Below are positions 32,154 to 42,227 of a stretch of 64,000 nt of DNA, piece by piece. The notes under the pieces are model-generated. The model worked only from the letters and a program-made list of their open reading frames with translations. It did no database searches and was not told the origin of the DNA. How positions within the stretch are numbered: position 1 is the stretch's first letter; each line of letters starts with the position of its first letter. Position numbers and translations under genes: made by a program. This DNA is from Minisyncoccota bacterium (GTDB taxonomy: Bacteria > Patescibacteriota > Minisyncoccia > Phycocordibacterales > PALSA-1337): assembly GCA_036516895.1 (NCBI GenBank), contig DATDZD010000002.1:13769-77768 (forward strand), written 5' to 3'.

Positions 32154-33794
32154 ATGAAAAATATTTTGTCTAAAAGAATAATTTCAGGAATACTCATTAT
32201 AACAATGATATCCTCTGTAATAGGATTATCTTTTCCAAAAAAATCACAAGCCATATTTGGTATTGGGGATATTACTTTTGACCCAACATCTTTTGCTCAA
32301 CATGTAATAAATACAGCAAACACTACCGCCACTTCCTTTTCATCTTATTCCATGCAATTCAAAGAATATGTCCTAGACGGACTTGCAACCGCTCTCGTAA
32401 AACAAATCATACGACAAATGACAGCCAGCGTAGTCAACTGGATAAACTCCGGTTTTGAAGGAAGTCCTTCTTTTGTTACAAATCCAGGTTCATTTTTCCT
32501 TGATGTGGCAGACCAAATCACTGGAGATTTTCTGGCGAAAGCTGGTGGACCACTTACAGCACTTTGTTCTCCATTCAGCATAGACATTCGTATCGCTCTA
32601 GCTTTCAAATATCATCCAAATGTTCTCAAAAAATATGAATGTACTTTGGGAAAAATAATTACAAATAGTAAAAATGCTGTAAAAGGTGCGAGTATAAATG
32701 GATTCACAGCTGGAGATTTCAGCCAAGGGGGATGGCCAGCTTTTGTTTCCCTGACTACAGAACCACAGAATAATTATATTGGAGCGTATCTCATAGCGGA
32801 GGATGAGCTTTCTATAAGGGTGGCGAATGCTCAACTTCAGCAAAAAGATGAAATAAGTCAGGGAAGAGGGTTCTTATCTTGGAGAAAGTGTAGAAAAACT
32901 GGGGAGACAGCGACCGTTCAAGGTTCCGAATCAGCATATGTTGACCATGAACTTGGAGATAATAGTGATCCAAGTAGAACAGAGAGCAACGCTCCTGTAG
33001 TTCATACAAACCAAACCGGAAAAGATTGTGAAATCCAAACCCCAGGCTCTATTATCGTAAGCTCTCTTGAGGCAAATATAAATGGTCCTTTGCATGAACT
33101 CCAGCTTGCAGATGAAATAAATGAAATCGTTAATGCTCTCTTTGCTCAACTCGTCACTCAAGTGTTAACAAAAGGATTGGGATCACTTAGCGGAAGCGGT
33201 CCTAGCGATTCTTCTTCATACATCTATCAGATTCAACAAGAAGCAAAAAATGACACATCCCAAGTCGCTCCAATAAAAGCTGAGATATTAAAAAACATGA
33301 CGACATATTTGGACAACACTTTGCAATACAAGAACAATAAAAACCAGTCTCTAAATCTAATGCTTGATGTCAAAAATTCATACGAATTAGCAAAATCATG
33401 TTATGCTGGAAAAATATCTTCTTCCAACCCTCCACTATCTTCATCACAAGCAAGTTTCGCTCAAAGCAAAATAACTGAAATAGATTCCATCATAAATACT
33501 AAGGTAGCACCTCCTGCTACAAAACTTCTCACGGAAGCACAGGAAGCTGATGCTCGTTATGCAACTCTCAAAAAGATAGAAACTGATGTCAATGCAGCAA
33601 AGACTACCAATGACCTCAACATCCAAAGTCAACAATACAGTCAGATGATTCAAAACAGAACACTTACATCAGCGTCAGACATAGCCAATTCTCAACAAGA
33701 GCTAGACGACACCAAAATTGTGATTGATCCAATGAAAACAGACGCTGGAAGAAAACTTCAAGAATGTCAGTTATTTCCATCGGGAAGCATATAA
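32154..33794 (+). CDS. Secreted T4SS-cluster protein
   Basis: Signal peptide, SVVNWINSGFEGSPSFV motif, several Cys; lies in the operon with a VirB6-like gene. Confidence 0.65.
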   Translation: MKNILSKRIISGILIITMISSVIGLSFPKKSQAIFGIGDITFDPTSFAQHVINTANTTATSFSSYSMQFKEYVLDGLATALVKQIIRQMTASVVNWINSGFEGSPSFVTNPGSFFLDVADQITGDFLAKAGGPLTALCSPFSIDIRIALAFKYHPNVLKKYECTLGKIITNSKNAVKGASINGFTAGDFSQGGWPAFVSLTTEPQNNYIGAYLIAEDELSIRVANAQLQQKDEISQGRGFLSWRKCRKTGETATVQGSESAYVDHELGDNSDPSRTESNAPVVHTNQTGKDCEIQTPGSIIVSSLEANINGPLHELQLADEINEIVNALFAQLVTQVLTKGLGSLSGSGPSDSSSYIYQIQQEAKNDTSQVAPIKAEILKNMTTYLDNTLQYKNNKNQSLNLMLDVKNSYELAKSCYAGKISSSNPPLSSSQASFAQSKITEIDSIINTKVAPPATKLLTEAQEADARYATLKKIETDVNAAKTTNDLNIQSQQYSQMIQNRTLTSASDIANSQQELDDTKIVIDPMKTDAGRKLQECQLFPSGSI

Positions 33795-33802
33795 AATAAC
33801 CC

Positions 33803-35707
33803 ATGAAAAAACACCTGCCTACAATTCTCACTTTGATGATAATCCTAGCAATAGGAGTAGCGATTTTGACTCCAAATATAGCCATGGCAACAGTTTCAGG
33901 AACCAGTATAGTTACAGGAGTCGGTGTAAGCGTGATAAATACAACCCTCGCAAACATTGGAAACGCCATTCTCGGCTGGACAGCCGTTCTTGTTACAGCA
34001 GGCGGAGCTTTCTTGAGTATGGCCATAAACCTCACTACCCATATAGACAAAATATATGAAACTGTATCAGGTATAAAATCCGTATGGGTTACGATAAGAG
34101 ATATATCTAGCATATTTATAATATTTGCTCTCTTATATTTCTCCATAAGGACAATATTGGGTTTTGGCGGTTATAGCACCACAGGCAATCTCAAGGGTCT
34201 TATAGTAAATATATTTATAGCCGGTCTTCTTATAAACTTCAGTCTTTTCTTCGTCAGAGTGGCTATTGACGCTTCAAATCTAGTCTCTTTGCAGTTCTAT
34301 AATGCTATTGCTCCCGATACTTCTAAAAACTGGAGCGTTGGAGATGTATTCAATAATGGCGGTCTCTCAAATGTGTTCATGCAGAGTCTCAAGATTCCGA
34401 CAATATACCAACAATCAAAGAGTTCACAAGGTTTTGATATAGCGGCTGGAATCGGTTTTGCTATCCTTGGAGGAATCATCATGATGGTTACTGCGGCTAT
34501 AAGCTTCTTCGCCGCTGCCATTGCTTTTACTGCTCGCACCGCTATTTTACTTTTTGTTATGGCTATGTCTCCTATATTCTTCGTGGGAATGATATTTCCG
34601 GAAGTAAAAAAGAAAGTGTCCGATAAAATTTCTGGTTTGCTTTATAGTCAATGTGTATTTATGCCTGTATACCTTTTTCTCATGTACATTGCTCTCAAAA
34701 TAATAAGTGATGAAAATTTCATGAAAATATTCAACCCAAATACTTCTGGAGTAGCCGATACAAATGGTTTTGGTCCTGTTTGGATAGGTATTATCATTCA
34801 ATATGCCATCGCCCTTATATTTATAAATATTCCACTAGTAGCGGCAATAGAAATGGGAGCAATCGGTATGAAATGGGCGCCCGGATCATCCGGAGCAAAT
34901 GCTGTAAATAAATGGCTTGGGGGAAAGATTGGGGGATTTGCTGGTAGGAATATTGCTGGTAGAGCTGGGCAGTTGTCTGGTGTGGGCTTTGATAGAATGG
35001 CAGCTTCAGCTCAAGGTTCTTCTCTTGGCAAAGGTACATCAACTGTTCTTCGCGCTCTTGGTATTAGTCAGGGAATTCGTGGCGGATTAACTGCTACAGA
35101 GAAAGGAAAATATGGTGGAACACAAAGTCTTGGTGATATTCAGAAGGAAAATAAGGAGAGGGCAAGAACTATTTCTGGGGTACAGAGAATGAAAGAACAA
35201 CATTTAGCTCTTGCAGCAGTCATTGGTTCAAAGAATACTTCAATAACACCAGCGCAAATGGATAAATTTAGAGAAACTGTGGATAAAATGGGTAATAAAG
35301 ATTTTGAAAATATGAATTTTGAAACCATTAAAGACCCTGTTCTTGCTTCTAACCTATCATCTAAACAAGCTGAATCATTATTGGAAGGAGATATACTTAC
35401 CTCGCAACAGAAAGACGAGTTCAAAAAAATACGAAAAGATAAGATTGTCACAATCATTAATTCTGGAACAGCAACAGATGCCGAAATACATATGAAAAAA
35501 TTATCAGGAAAAGAATTGTCTAAAATGGACAAGACTGTTATTAAGAATCCGAATGTCTTAAAATACTTAACCCCAACTCAACTATTAGAAATGAGAGATA
35601 TTGATGGAGATACTAAAAAATTCATTGGTGACTATATAGAAAATACTGCACTAGGAGACCATAAAGCAAAAGGTTATATAAGAAAAAATCGTACGGAGTG
35701 GAGCTAA
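33803..35707 (+). CDS. VirB6/TrbL-like polytopic membrane protein
   Basis: WVTIRDISSIFIIF, LLINFSLFF...IDASN; multiple TMs then a Gly/Ala-rich tail. Confidence 0.7.
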   Translation: MKKHLPTILTLMIILAIGVAILTPNIAMATVSGTSIVTGVGVSVINTTLANIGNAILGWTAVLVTAGGAFLSMAINLTTHIDKIYETVSGIKSVWVTIRDISSIFIIFALLYFSIRTILGFGGYSTTGNLKGLIVNIFIAGLLINFSLFFVRVAIDASNLVSLQFYNAIAPDTSKNWSVGDVFNNGGLSNVFMQSLKIPTIYQQSKSSQGFDIAAGIGFAILGGIIMMVTAAISFFAAAIAFTARTAILLFVMAMSPIFFVGMIFPEVKKKVSDKISGLLYSQCVFMPVYLFLMYIALKIISDENFMKIFNPNTSGVADTNGFGPVWIGIIIQYAIALIFINIPLVAAIEMGAIGMKWAPGSSGANAVNKWLGGKIGGFAGRNIAGRAGQLSGVGFDRMAASAQGSSLGKGTSTVLRALGISQGIRGGLTATEKGKYGGTQSLGDIQKENKERARTISGVQRMKEQHLALAAVIGSKNTSITPAQMDKFRETVDKMGNKDFENMNFETIKDPVLASNLSSKQAESLLEGDILTSQQKDEFKKIRKDKIVTIINSGTATDAEIHMKKLSGKELSKMDKTVIKNPNVLKYLTPTQLLEMRDIDGDTKKFIGDYIENTALGDHKAKGYIRKNRTEWS

Positions 35708-35721
35708 AATATTTTAAAATT

Positions 35722-36417
35722 ATGGATAATCAAAATACACAAAACTTACCTGCAGATATTCTCAAAGCGATTGAGTCTTCTGATGTCTATACTCATCTTG
35801 AAAGTATAGGGGATAGATACAATCTTCTTATTGATCAAATTGGTCAATTAAATGCTGATACAGAAAAATTAATGGTTGGGAAATTAAAATCAGAGATATT
35901 TGTAATCACCATCGCAAAAGATTTGGAAATATCACAAGAAATAGCACAAAAAATATCTGACGATATCAATAATGAGATATTTACTGGTCTTCGTGAATCT
36001 CTTCGTAAAATGCAGGAACAGAGTGAAAAAAAATTCACAAACCCGCTCACACCTCCACCTCCTCCTACTTTCCAAATCCCTAAACCAGTACCACTAACAC
36101 CAACCACTCCTATACCCAAACCGCCGATTACTCAACCTCCTCAAAAAATAAACATCTCTTCAATAGAAAAAGTCGGCAACTTTACCATTGAAAAACGCCC
36201 ATTATCAAATTCCCCCCAATATAAAGATACAAACTTAAAAAGAGAAGATGTTTTGAGGGATATGGAAAACCCAACAACAAAGAGTGGTGTATCTTTTGTA
36301 GACCATCTCCTCTCCAAGCCATTATCAAATGAAATGCAAACAGAAACAAAAAATAAAACCGCTCCTCCACAAGGTTTGCCAGAATATACAGCCGACCCAT
36401 ATAGAGAGCCCATATAG
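35722..36417 (+). CDS. Pro-rich hypothetical protein ending in DPYREPI
   Basis: ORF in the cluster; start taken at MDNQN. Confidence 0.7.
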   Translation: MDNQNTQNLPADILKAIESSDVYTHLESIGDRYNLLIDQIGQLNADTEKLMVGKLKSEIFVITIAKDLEISQEIAQKISDDINNEIFTGLRESLRKMQEQSEKKFTNPLTPPPPPTFQIPKPVPLTPTTPIPKPPITQPPQKINISSIEKVGNFTIEKRPLSNSPQYKDTNLKREDVLRDMENPTTKSGVSFVDHLLSKPLSNEMQTETKNKTAPPQGLPEYTADPYREPI

Positions 36418-36435
36418 TAATGCTATAATAAACCC

Positions 36436-36864
36436 ATGCGTTTTCAAGTCCCACAGTTCATTGAAGTAGAAGATAAAATTTTCGGGCCATTAACCCTGAA
36501 ACAATTCATATATCTTGCCGGGGGAGCGGGACTTTCTTTTGTCATATATCAATCCCTCGGCTCTCTTGTATTGGCATTCTTGCCTATCACCATCATCATG
36601 TCTTTTTCTTCAGCATTGGCCTTTTATAAAATAAACAATAAGCCCTTCATTTTCGTCGTTGAAGCGGCATTCAAATACTTTTTCTCAAGCAAATTGTATA
36701 TATGGAAAAAAGGGGAGAACAGCAAAGCGTTGTCAAAATCAGATTCGGAAGCAAAACAATACGCCTCTGTCATGGTTCCAAAAATTTCAGATAGCAAACT
36801 AAAGGATTTGACATGGAGCTTGGATATAAAAGAGAGCATGTACACAGATAGAAATCAAAAATAA
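36436..36864 (+). CDS. PrgI family (VirB3-like) protein
   Basis: MRFQVPQFIEVEDKIFGPLTLKQF plus two TMs. Confidence 0.85.
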   Translation: MRFQVPQFIEVEDKIFGPLTLKQFIYLAGGAGLSFVIYQSLGSLVLAFLPITIIMSFSSALAFYKINNKPFIFVVEAAFKYFFSSKLYIWKKGENSKALSKSDSEAKQYASVMVPKISDSKLKDLTWSLDIKESMYTDRNQK

Positions 36865-36865
36865 T

Positions 36866-37498
36866 ATGGCTACGAGTCAAAAAACAACTCAAGATTTTGT
36901 ACCGATACGAGAAATACGCGACGGTGTTGTCATATTGAAAGATGGTTCAATGCGCGCTTTGGTATTGGCTTCGTCTCTCAATTTCGCCTTGAAATCAACC
37001 GATGAACAAAACGCCATAATTCTTCAATTTCAAAATTTCCTCAACTCTCTTGACTTCTCTGTGCAGATTTTCGTCCAGTCAAAAAAGCTTGATATAAGGC
37101 CGTATATTGCTCTACTTGAAGAACGATACAAGGAGCAAGTGACTGAACTTATGAAAATACAAACCAGAGAATACATAGAGTTTATAAAGACTTTCGTGGA
37201 AAATTCCAATATTATGACAAAAAGTTTCTTTTTGATAGTGCCTTACATGCCCCCAACGCTTACTGCAAGCAAAAATCCGGTCAGCAATCTCTTTAATAAA
37301 AAAACTGAAGATAAAACAGTTATAAACGCAGAATTTGAAGAATACAGAAGCCAGCTGGAACAGAGGGTGGGGGTAGTAGAGCAGGGTTTGGTCAGATGCG
37401 GAATAAGGGTGGCGGAACTTGGAACAGAGGAGGTGGTAGAATTGTATTATAAAATATTCAACCCCGGAGAAACAGAGAAACCGATACAGATAAACTGA
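36866..37498 (+). CDS. VirB4/TraC N-terminal-like protein
   Basis: TQDFVPIREIRDG, NFALKS.DEQ..I...F..FLNSL; lies between PrgI and VirB4 genes. Confidence 0.75.
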   Translation: MATSQKTTQDFVPIREIRDGVVILKDGSMRALVLASSLNFALKSTDEQNAIILQFQNFLNSLDFSVQIFVQSKKLDIRPYIALLEERYKEQVTELMKIQTREYIEFIKTFVENSNIMTKSFFLIVPYMPPTLTASKNPVSNLFNKKTEDKTVINAEFEEYRSQLEQRVGVVEQGLVRCGIRVAELGTEEVVELYYKIFNPGETEKPIQIN

Positions 37499-37545
37499 TT
37501 ATTCACCAGAAAATCTCCACATAAACAAATAAAAACAATAAAAAA

Positions 37546-39387
37546 ATGAGTATATTTAGCAAATTATTAGGAAAAAAAGAACAAGAAAAGCCAATCGTTT
37601 CTCTTATGCCACAAGAGATATATGAAGCTGGCATCTTGGAACTCAAAGATGTCATTGCCCCTTCGGCTCTCAAAATAAGCCCTAAAGAAATAAACCTTGG
37701 AGAAAAGGTGGCTAGAACATTTTTTGTTATATCCTATCCACGCTTTCTTTCTGAAAGCTGGTTTGCTCCTATTATAAATCTTGATAAAGTCTTCAATATT
37801 TCTATTTTCATCCATCCAGTAGACACCGCAAAAATACTTCGTCATTTCCAAAAGAAAGTAGCGGAGGTCCAAAGCCAAATATCACAAAGAGAAGATAAGG
37901 GTTTAGTGCGGGACCCTATGCTTGATACCGCCTACCAAGACCTTGAGGTGCTCCGAGACAGCTTGATGCAAGCACAAGAAAAGATATTTGATGTTGGCGT
38001 ATACATCACTCTATATGGAGACTCTAGTGCAGAGCTTGATAAAACAGAGTCAGAAATAAAATCCATCCTGGAATCAAAGCTCGTATACATAAAGCCCGCT
38101 CTCTTTCAACAGGAAAGTGGGTACAGAAGCGTTCTTCCTATTGCCAATGATGAGCTAGCGGTGCACTCAAAGCTCAATTCTTCTCCTCTTTCTTCTCTCT
38201 TTCCTTTCGTTTCTTTTGACCTAACATCAGACAAAGGAATTCTCTACGGAATCAATCGCCACAACTCGTCTCTTGTACTTTTTGATAGATTTCTCTTGGA
38301 AAATTACAATTCTGTAACATTTGCAAAAGCTGGAGCGGGAAAATCATACTGCACAAAGCTGGAAATACTCCGTACTCTTATGTTTGACACAGATGTCATT
38401 GTTATAGACCCGGAAAAAGAATACGAGTACATGGCAGAAGCCACTGGAGGAAAATATTTTAATATTTCTCTAAATTCAGAACATCATATCAACCCTTTTG
38501 ACCTTCCTATTCCTAGAGAAGACGAGTCGGCTATAGATGTCCTTCGTTCAAACATTATCAATCTTGTCGGACTCTTTCGCATAATGCTCGGAGGTCTATC
38601 CCAAGAAGAAGACGCTATTATAGACCGAGCTATTACAGAGACATACGCTCTCAAAGATATTACAGCAGAATCAAACTTCAGAAATGTTGAACCGCCACTT
38701 CTATCCGACTTTGAGCTTGTTTTGGCGGGTATGGAAGGAGCCGAATCGCTTGTAGAACGACTGACAAAGTATACAAAAGGCACATGGTCGGGCTTTATAA
38801 ACCGTCCTTCAAATGTTGATATAAACAAAAAATTCGTGGTTTTTTCACTTCGCGATATGGAAGACGAACTCAAACCAGTAGCAATGTATATTGTTACTCA
38901 CTATATCTGGAACGCTATACGCAAACAGCTTAAAAAACGCCTTTTGGTCATAGATGAAGCATGGTGGATGATGAAATCAGAAGATACGGCTTCATTTCTA
39001 CTCGGTCTGGCAAAAAGAGGTCGCAAATACTATCTAGGTCTAGCCACAATCACCCAAGATGTTGATGATTTTCTCAAATCTCCGTATGGTTTGCCTATTA
39101 TTACAAATTCTTCAATTCAAATACTCCTCAAACAATCTCCTTCATCAATAGACAATATCCAAAGAACTTTCAACTTAACAGACGAAGAAAAATATCTTCT
39201 CATTGAATCGGATGTGGGGGAGGGAATATTCTTTGTCGGGCTAAAGCATGTAGCCATAAAAGTCGTAGCCTCATATACAGAAGACCAGATTATTACCACA
39301 AACCCCGCCCAGGTCATGGCAATTCAGCAAGCAAAGAAAGATTTGGAAATGAGTCATGCGATGACGGAGAAAGAAGTGTCAGTATAA
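37546..39387 (+). CDS. VirB4/TraC-like T4SS ATPase
   Basis: AKAGAGKS Walker A, VIDPEKEY, HINPFD, LLVIDEAW, GRKY..ITQDV. Confidence 0.9.
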   Translation: MSIFSKLLGKKEQEKPIVSLMPQEIYEAGILELKDVIAPSALKISPKEINLGEKVARTFFVISYPRFLSESWFAPIINLDKVFNISIFIHPVDTAKILRHFQKKVAEVQSQISQREDKGLVRDPMLDTAYQDLEVLRDSLMQAQEKIFDVGVYITLYGDSSAELDKTESEIKSILESKLVYIKPALFQQESGYRSVLPIANDELAVHSKLNSSPLSSLFPFVSFDLTSDKGILYGINRHNSSLVLFDRFLLENYNSVTFAKAGAGKSYCTKLEILRTLMFDTDVIVIDPEKEYEYMAEATGGKYFNISLNSEHHINPFDLPIPREDESAIDVLRSNIINLVGLFRIMLGGLSQEEDAIIDRAITETYALKDITAESNFRNVEPPLLSDFELVLAGMEGAESLVERLTKYTKGTWSGFINRPSNVDINKKFVVFSLRDMEDELKPVAMYIVTHYIWNAIRKQLKKRLLVIDEAWWMMKSEDTASFLLGLAKRGRKYYLGLATITQDVDDFLKSPYGLPIITNSSIQILLKQSPSSIDNIQRTFNLTDEEKYLLIESDVGEGIFFVGLKHVAIKVVASYTEDQIITTNPAQVMAIQQAKKDLEMSHAMTEKEVSV

Positions 39388-39567
39388 GTAAAATCGTGCG
39401 AACATCCGTATATATCAGGTGTGGAGAGAATACTTTCTTTTTCCGGGTACGAGAATTTTTTACTAAAAATTCTCTCAAGTCCTCGCGCCGACGCGCTCGG
39501 AAGCCCCTCCAAAAGAAGTATTCTCTCCACACCTAGCATACAATAAAGAATGCGAGTCAATTTTACC
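39387..39567 (-). repeat. Intergenic hairpin repeat, divergent long variant
   Basis: AGTAAAATCGTGCGA...TGCGAGTCAATTTTACC ends; inner IR AGGTGTGGAGAGAATACTT / AAGTATTCTCTCCACACCT. Confidence 0.7.
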
Positions 39568-39572
39568 AAAAC

Positions 39573-39989
39573 ATGAACATGGATGAACAAAACAAAGAAA
39601 ACAGAATAGGAACAATAGCTATATTAGTCCTTATTTTCGTATCCGGTCTAGCTGACGCAGGAACATTAATCCCTTTTGTGGGCGACTTCGTAAGCCCTTT
39701 GTTTTGGACATGTATGACATACTATCTTTACAAGATAAAACATGGGCTTCTAAATTGGAAAATATTTGCTCCGAGTATTGTCTCTTTTGTATCGGAATTT
39801 ATCCCTGTAGTGCAAGCATTCCCAACAATTATAGGCGCTACTATAGCCATAATATTTGTATCCCGACTTGAAGATAAGACTGGAATATCTCTAATGAAAC
39901 CCTTATCGCAAGGTCAGAAAGTTCACTTACCCAGCAGAACACCACCTCTTAATCAAGGCGGAATAAGGCAACCAAGAAATATATTATAA
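39573..39989 (+). CDS. Membrane hypothetical protein
   Basis: Several hydrophobic segments, IPFVG and EFIPVV motifs. Confidence 0.7.
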   Translation: MNMDEQNKENRIGTIAILVLIFVSGLADAGTLIPFVGDFVSPLFWTCMTYYLYKIKHGLLNWKIFAPSIVSFVSEFIPVVQAFPTIIGATIAIIFVSRLEDKTGISLMKPLSQGQKVHLPSRTPPLNQGGIRQPRNIL

Positions 39990-40018
39990 TAGTCAGAATT
40001 TATGATAAAATATAGCAA

Positions 40019-41068
40019 ATGAAATCTCGCACAAAAATACTATTGAAAACTACACTGAATATCTTCTATGTTACATTTTTTACAATAATTTTTTCTTTTA
40101 TATTTGTCATATCTATTCACGCCCAAATTCCCAACTCTATTGATGGTGTAGAGATTGGCTCTGACCCAGAAAATCCCAATCCGGGACAAAATGTAACCGT
40201 GAGTGTAGAGAGTTATAATACAGACTTGAATTCTGCTTCTGTTGTTTGGCTTGTAAATGGCAAGAATTATGCTCAAGGTACTGGTTTGAAATCTGTGAGT
40301 GTTTCTGCGCCGTCTTTGGGTAAAAATACAAGTATTGTGACAATTATTATGACCGCCGAAGGAAAGGAGGTCAGAAAATCAATAACAATAAAATCAGGGT
40401 CAGTAGATTTAGTATGGGAAAGTGAAGGTTATATTCCACCTTTTTACAAAGGCAAAGCGGTTTTCGCCTATGAAAATCTTGTCAAAATAACTGCCATGCC
40501 ACACCTTTCTAATAATGAAAGTGCAGAATTGGACTCTCGCACTCTAATATATAAATGGAAAAAGAATGACAAGGTAGTCCTAGATCAGTCTGGCTATGGA
40601 AAACAAACTCTGATTATAAAAGAAGATATTCCTAGACCTATTGATATAGAATTGGAAGTAACAACAAAGAATGGCAGTCAAAAGGGTGTGGCGTTTATAA
40701 CTCTTCAGCCGGGAGAGCCATCAATCTCTTTCTATGAAGAAGACCCTCTCTATGGAGTGTTATACAATAAAGCTATTATTAACAGAATCAGTCTTTCAAA
40801 TCAAGAAATAAATATCCGTGCTGTGCCATATAATTTTACTTCATACGCCAAAAACTCTCCTTTGACCTATTCTTGGAGTATAAATAATCTTCTTCAGCCA
40901 GAACTTTCCACAAACCAGAGTATTATCTTGAGAACAAGAGGGGATACAGAAGGAAGTTCGGCTATTTCTCTTGAAGTTAGAAATACAGATGACATACTTC
41001 AAGGAGCACGCAATACCATAGATGTATTATTTAATAAAAGACCAATAGAAAGCAGTGTGGCCTTTTGA
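40019..41068 (+). CDS. Secreted Ig-like repeat protein
   Basis: Signal peptide; repeated beta modules (PNPGQNV, YKWK, YSWSIN); YIPPFYKGK. Confidence 0.7.
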   Translation: MKSRTKILLKTTLNIFYVTFFTIIFSFIFVISIHAQIPNSIDGVEIGSDPENPNPGQNVTVSVESYNTDLNSASVVWLVNGKNYAQGTGLKSVSVSAPSLGKNTSIVTIIMTAEGKEVRKSITIKSGSVDLVWESEGYIPPFYKGKAVFAYENLVKITAMPHLSNNESAELDSRTLIYKWKKNDKVVLDQSGYGKQTLIIKEDIPRPIDIELEVTTKNGSQKGVAFITLQPGEPSISFYEEDPLYGVLYNKAIINRISLSNQEINIRAVPYNFTSYAKNSPLTYSWSINNLLQPELSTNQSIILRTRGDTEGSSAISLEVRNTDDILQGARNTIDVLFNKRPIESSVAF

Positions 41069-41077
41069 TAAAAAGAA

Positions 41078-42226
41078 ATGAAAAAAATAATTTCTTACAA
41101 TTTCATAATGCTCATATATCTCGCTATAATCTTTGGTTCTAGCATAAATATTTCTCATGCTCAAAATACATACAAACTTCTTGAGCCGTTGCCCAATATA
41201 ATGGGCACTGGGCAAAAAGGTGAGTGTGTTGATGAAAAAAATAAAACTATAACTTGTATAAACCTTGAAACTTATGTGGGCTATGTCTTCAAACTAGCTA
41301 TAGCTCTTGCTGTATTTTTGGCAGTGGTAGTCCTCATATATGGCGGTTTTGAATACATGCTAGGCGAAGCCATAGGTACCAAAGCTGCCGCAAAATCAAG
41401 AATGACAAATGCCATTTATGGGCTTCTTGGAGCGTTGGTTTCATATTTGATATTGGTCACAATAGACCCAAGATTGGTGCAGATAAATACGAATATTCCG
41501 GAGATAAATATTAAAATAGATAGAGAAACTGCGAATTTTCAGAAGCAGTTAAGTAATGATTTGAACAATATGTCAGGAGAATCAAGATTGAAGGTAATAG
41601 AAGCTACAAATAAGATAAAGGAGCTTGAAAAAGAAAGAGGTGGTGTTATGCAAAAACTTGGTTCAGGTACCAGTATTGAAAACGAAAATTATGTAAAAGA
41701 ATTGGCTAGAATTGACCAGGAAATCAAAGAGAATAAATCTACAGTAATAACAGAGTCGGCCAAATCATTAGGGTCAAGCCAGTTTGGTAAGATTTTTGAT
41801 GTAATTCGTACTCCTCAAAACTATAATGCGACTTCCTTAAAGATTACAGACGAAGCTCAAGGAGTTATAGATAGTAACAGAAATACTATTGTTAAAAACT
41901 ATGATGATTATGCAAAACAGCTTGATGAGATTCAAGAGTATGAAAAAGCTAGAGAAGTTAGAACGACAAAAGAATTTCTTTTAGATCAAATAAAACAGGA
42001 ACAGGAATTGCGTGGGATGATTAATCACTATAATCACGAAGACCCTATCAAAAAACCTTATTGGGAAAAACAAATGAGAGATCTACTTGCAAAATATGCC
42101 AGTCCACCAAAAGACGAGATGGTTAATAAATATAGAAATTATCCTGATATATTAACTCAATATAATGAATATAAGACTGTCCGAGCAAACATAATTAGTC
42201 AAACCCTAAAACCCCCAGGAAAATAA
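41078..42226 (+). CDS. TrbC/VirB2-like pilin domain fused to a coiled-coil extension
   Basis: LAVVVLIYGGFEYM...AKSRMTNAIYGLLGALVSYLILVTIDP pilin motif. Confidence 0.75.
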   Translation: MKKIISYNFIMLIYLAIIFGSSINISHAQNTYKLLEPLPNIMGTGQKGECVDEKNKTITCINLETYVGYVFKLAIALAVFLAVVVLIYGGFEYMLGEAIGTKAAAKSRMTNAIYGLLGALVSYLILVTIDPRLVQINTNIPEINIKIDRETANFQKQLSNDLNNMSGESRLKVIEATNKIKELEKERGGVMQKLGSGTSIENENYVKELARIDQEIKENKSTVITESAKSLGSSQFGKIFDVIRTPQNYNATSLKITDEAQGVIDSNRNTIVKNYDDYAKQLDEIQEYEKAREVRTTKEFLLDQIKQEQELRGMINHYNHEDPIKKPYWEKQMRDLLAKYASPPKDEMVNKYRNYPDILTQYNEYKTVRANIISQTLKPPGK

Positions 42227-42227
42227 T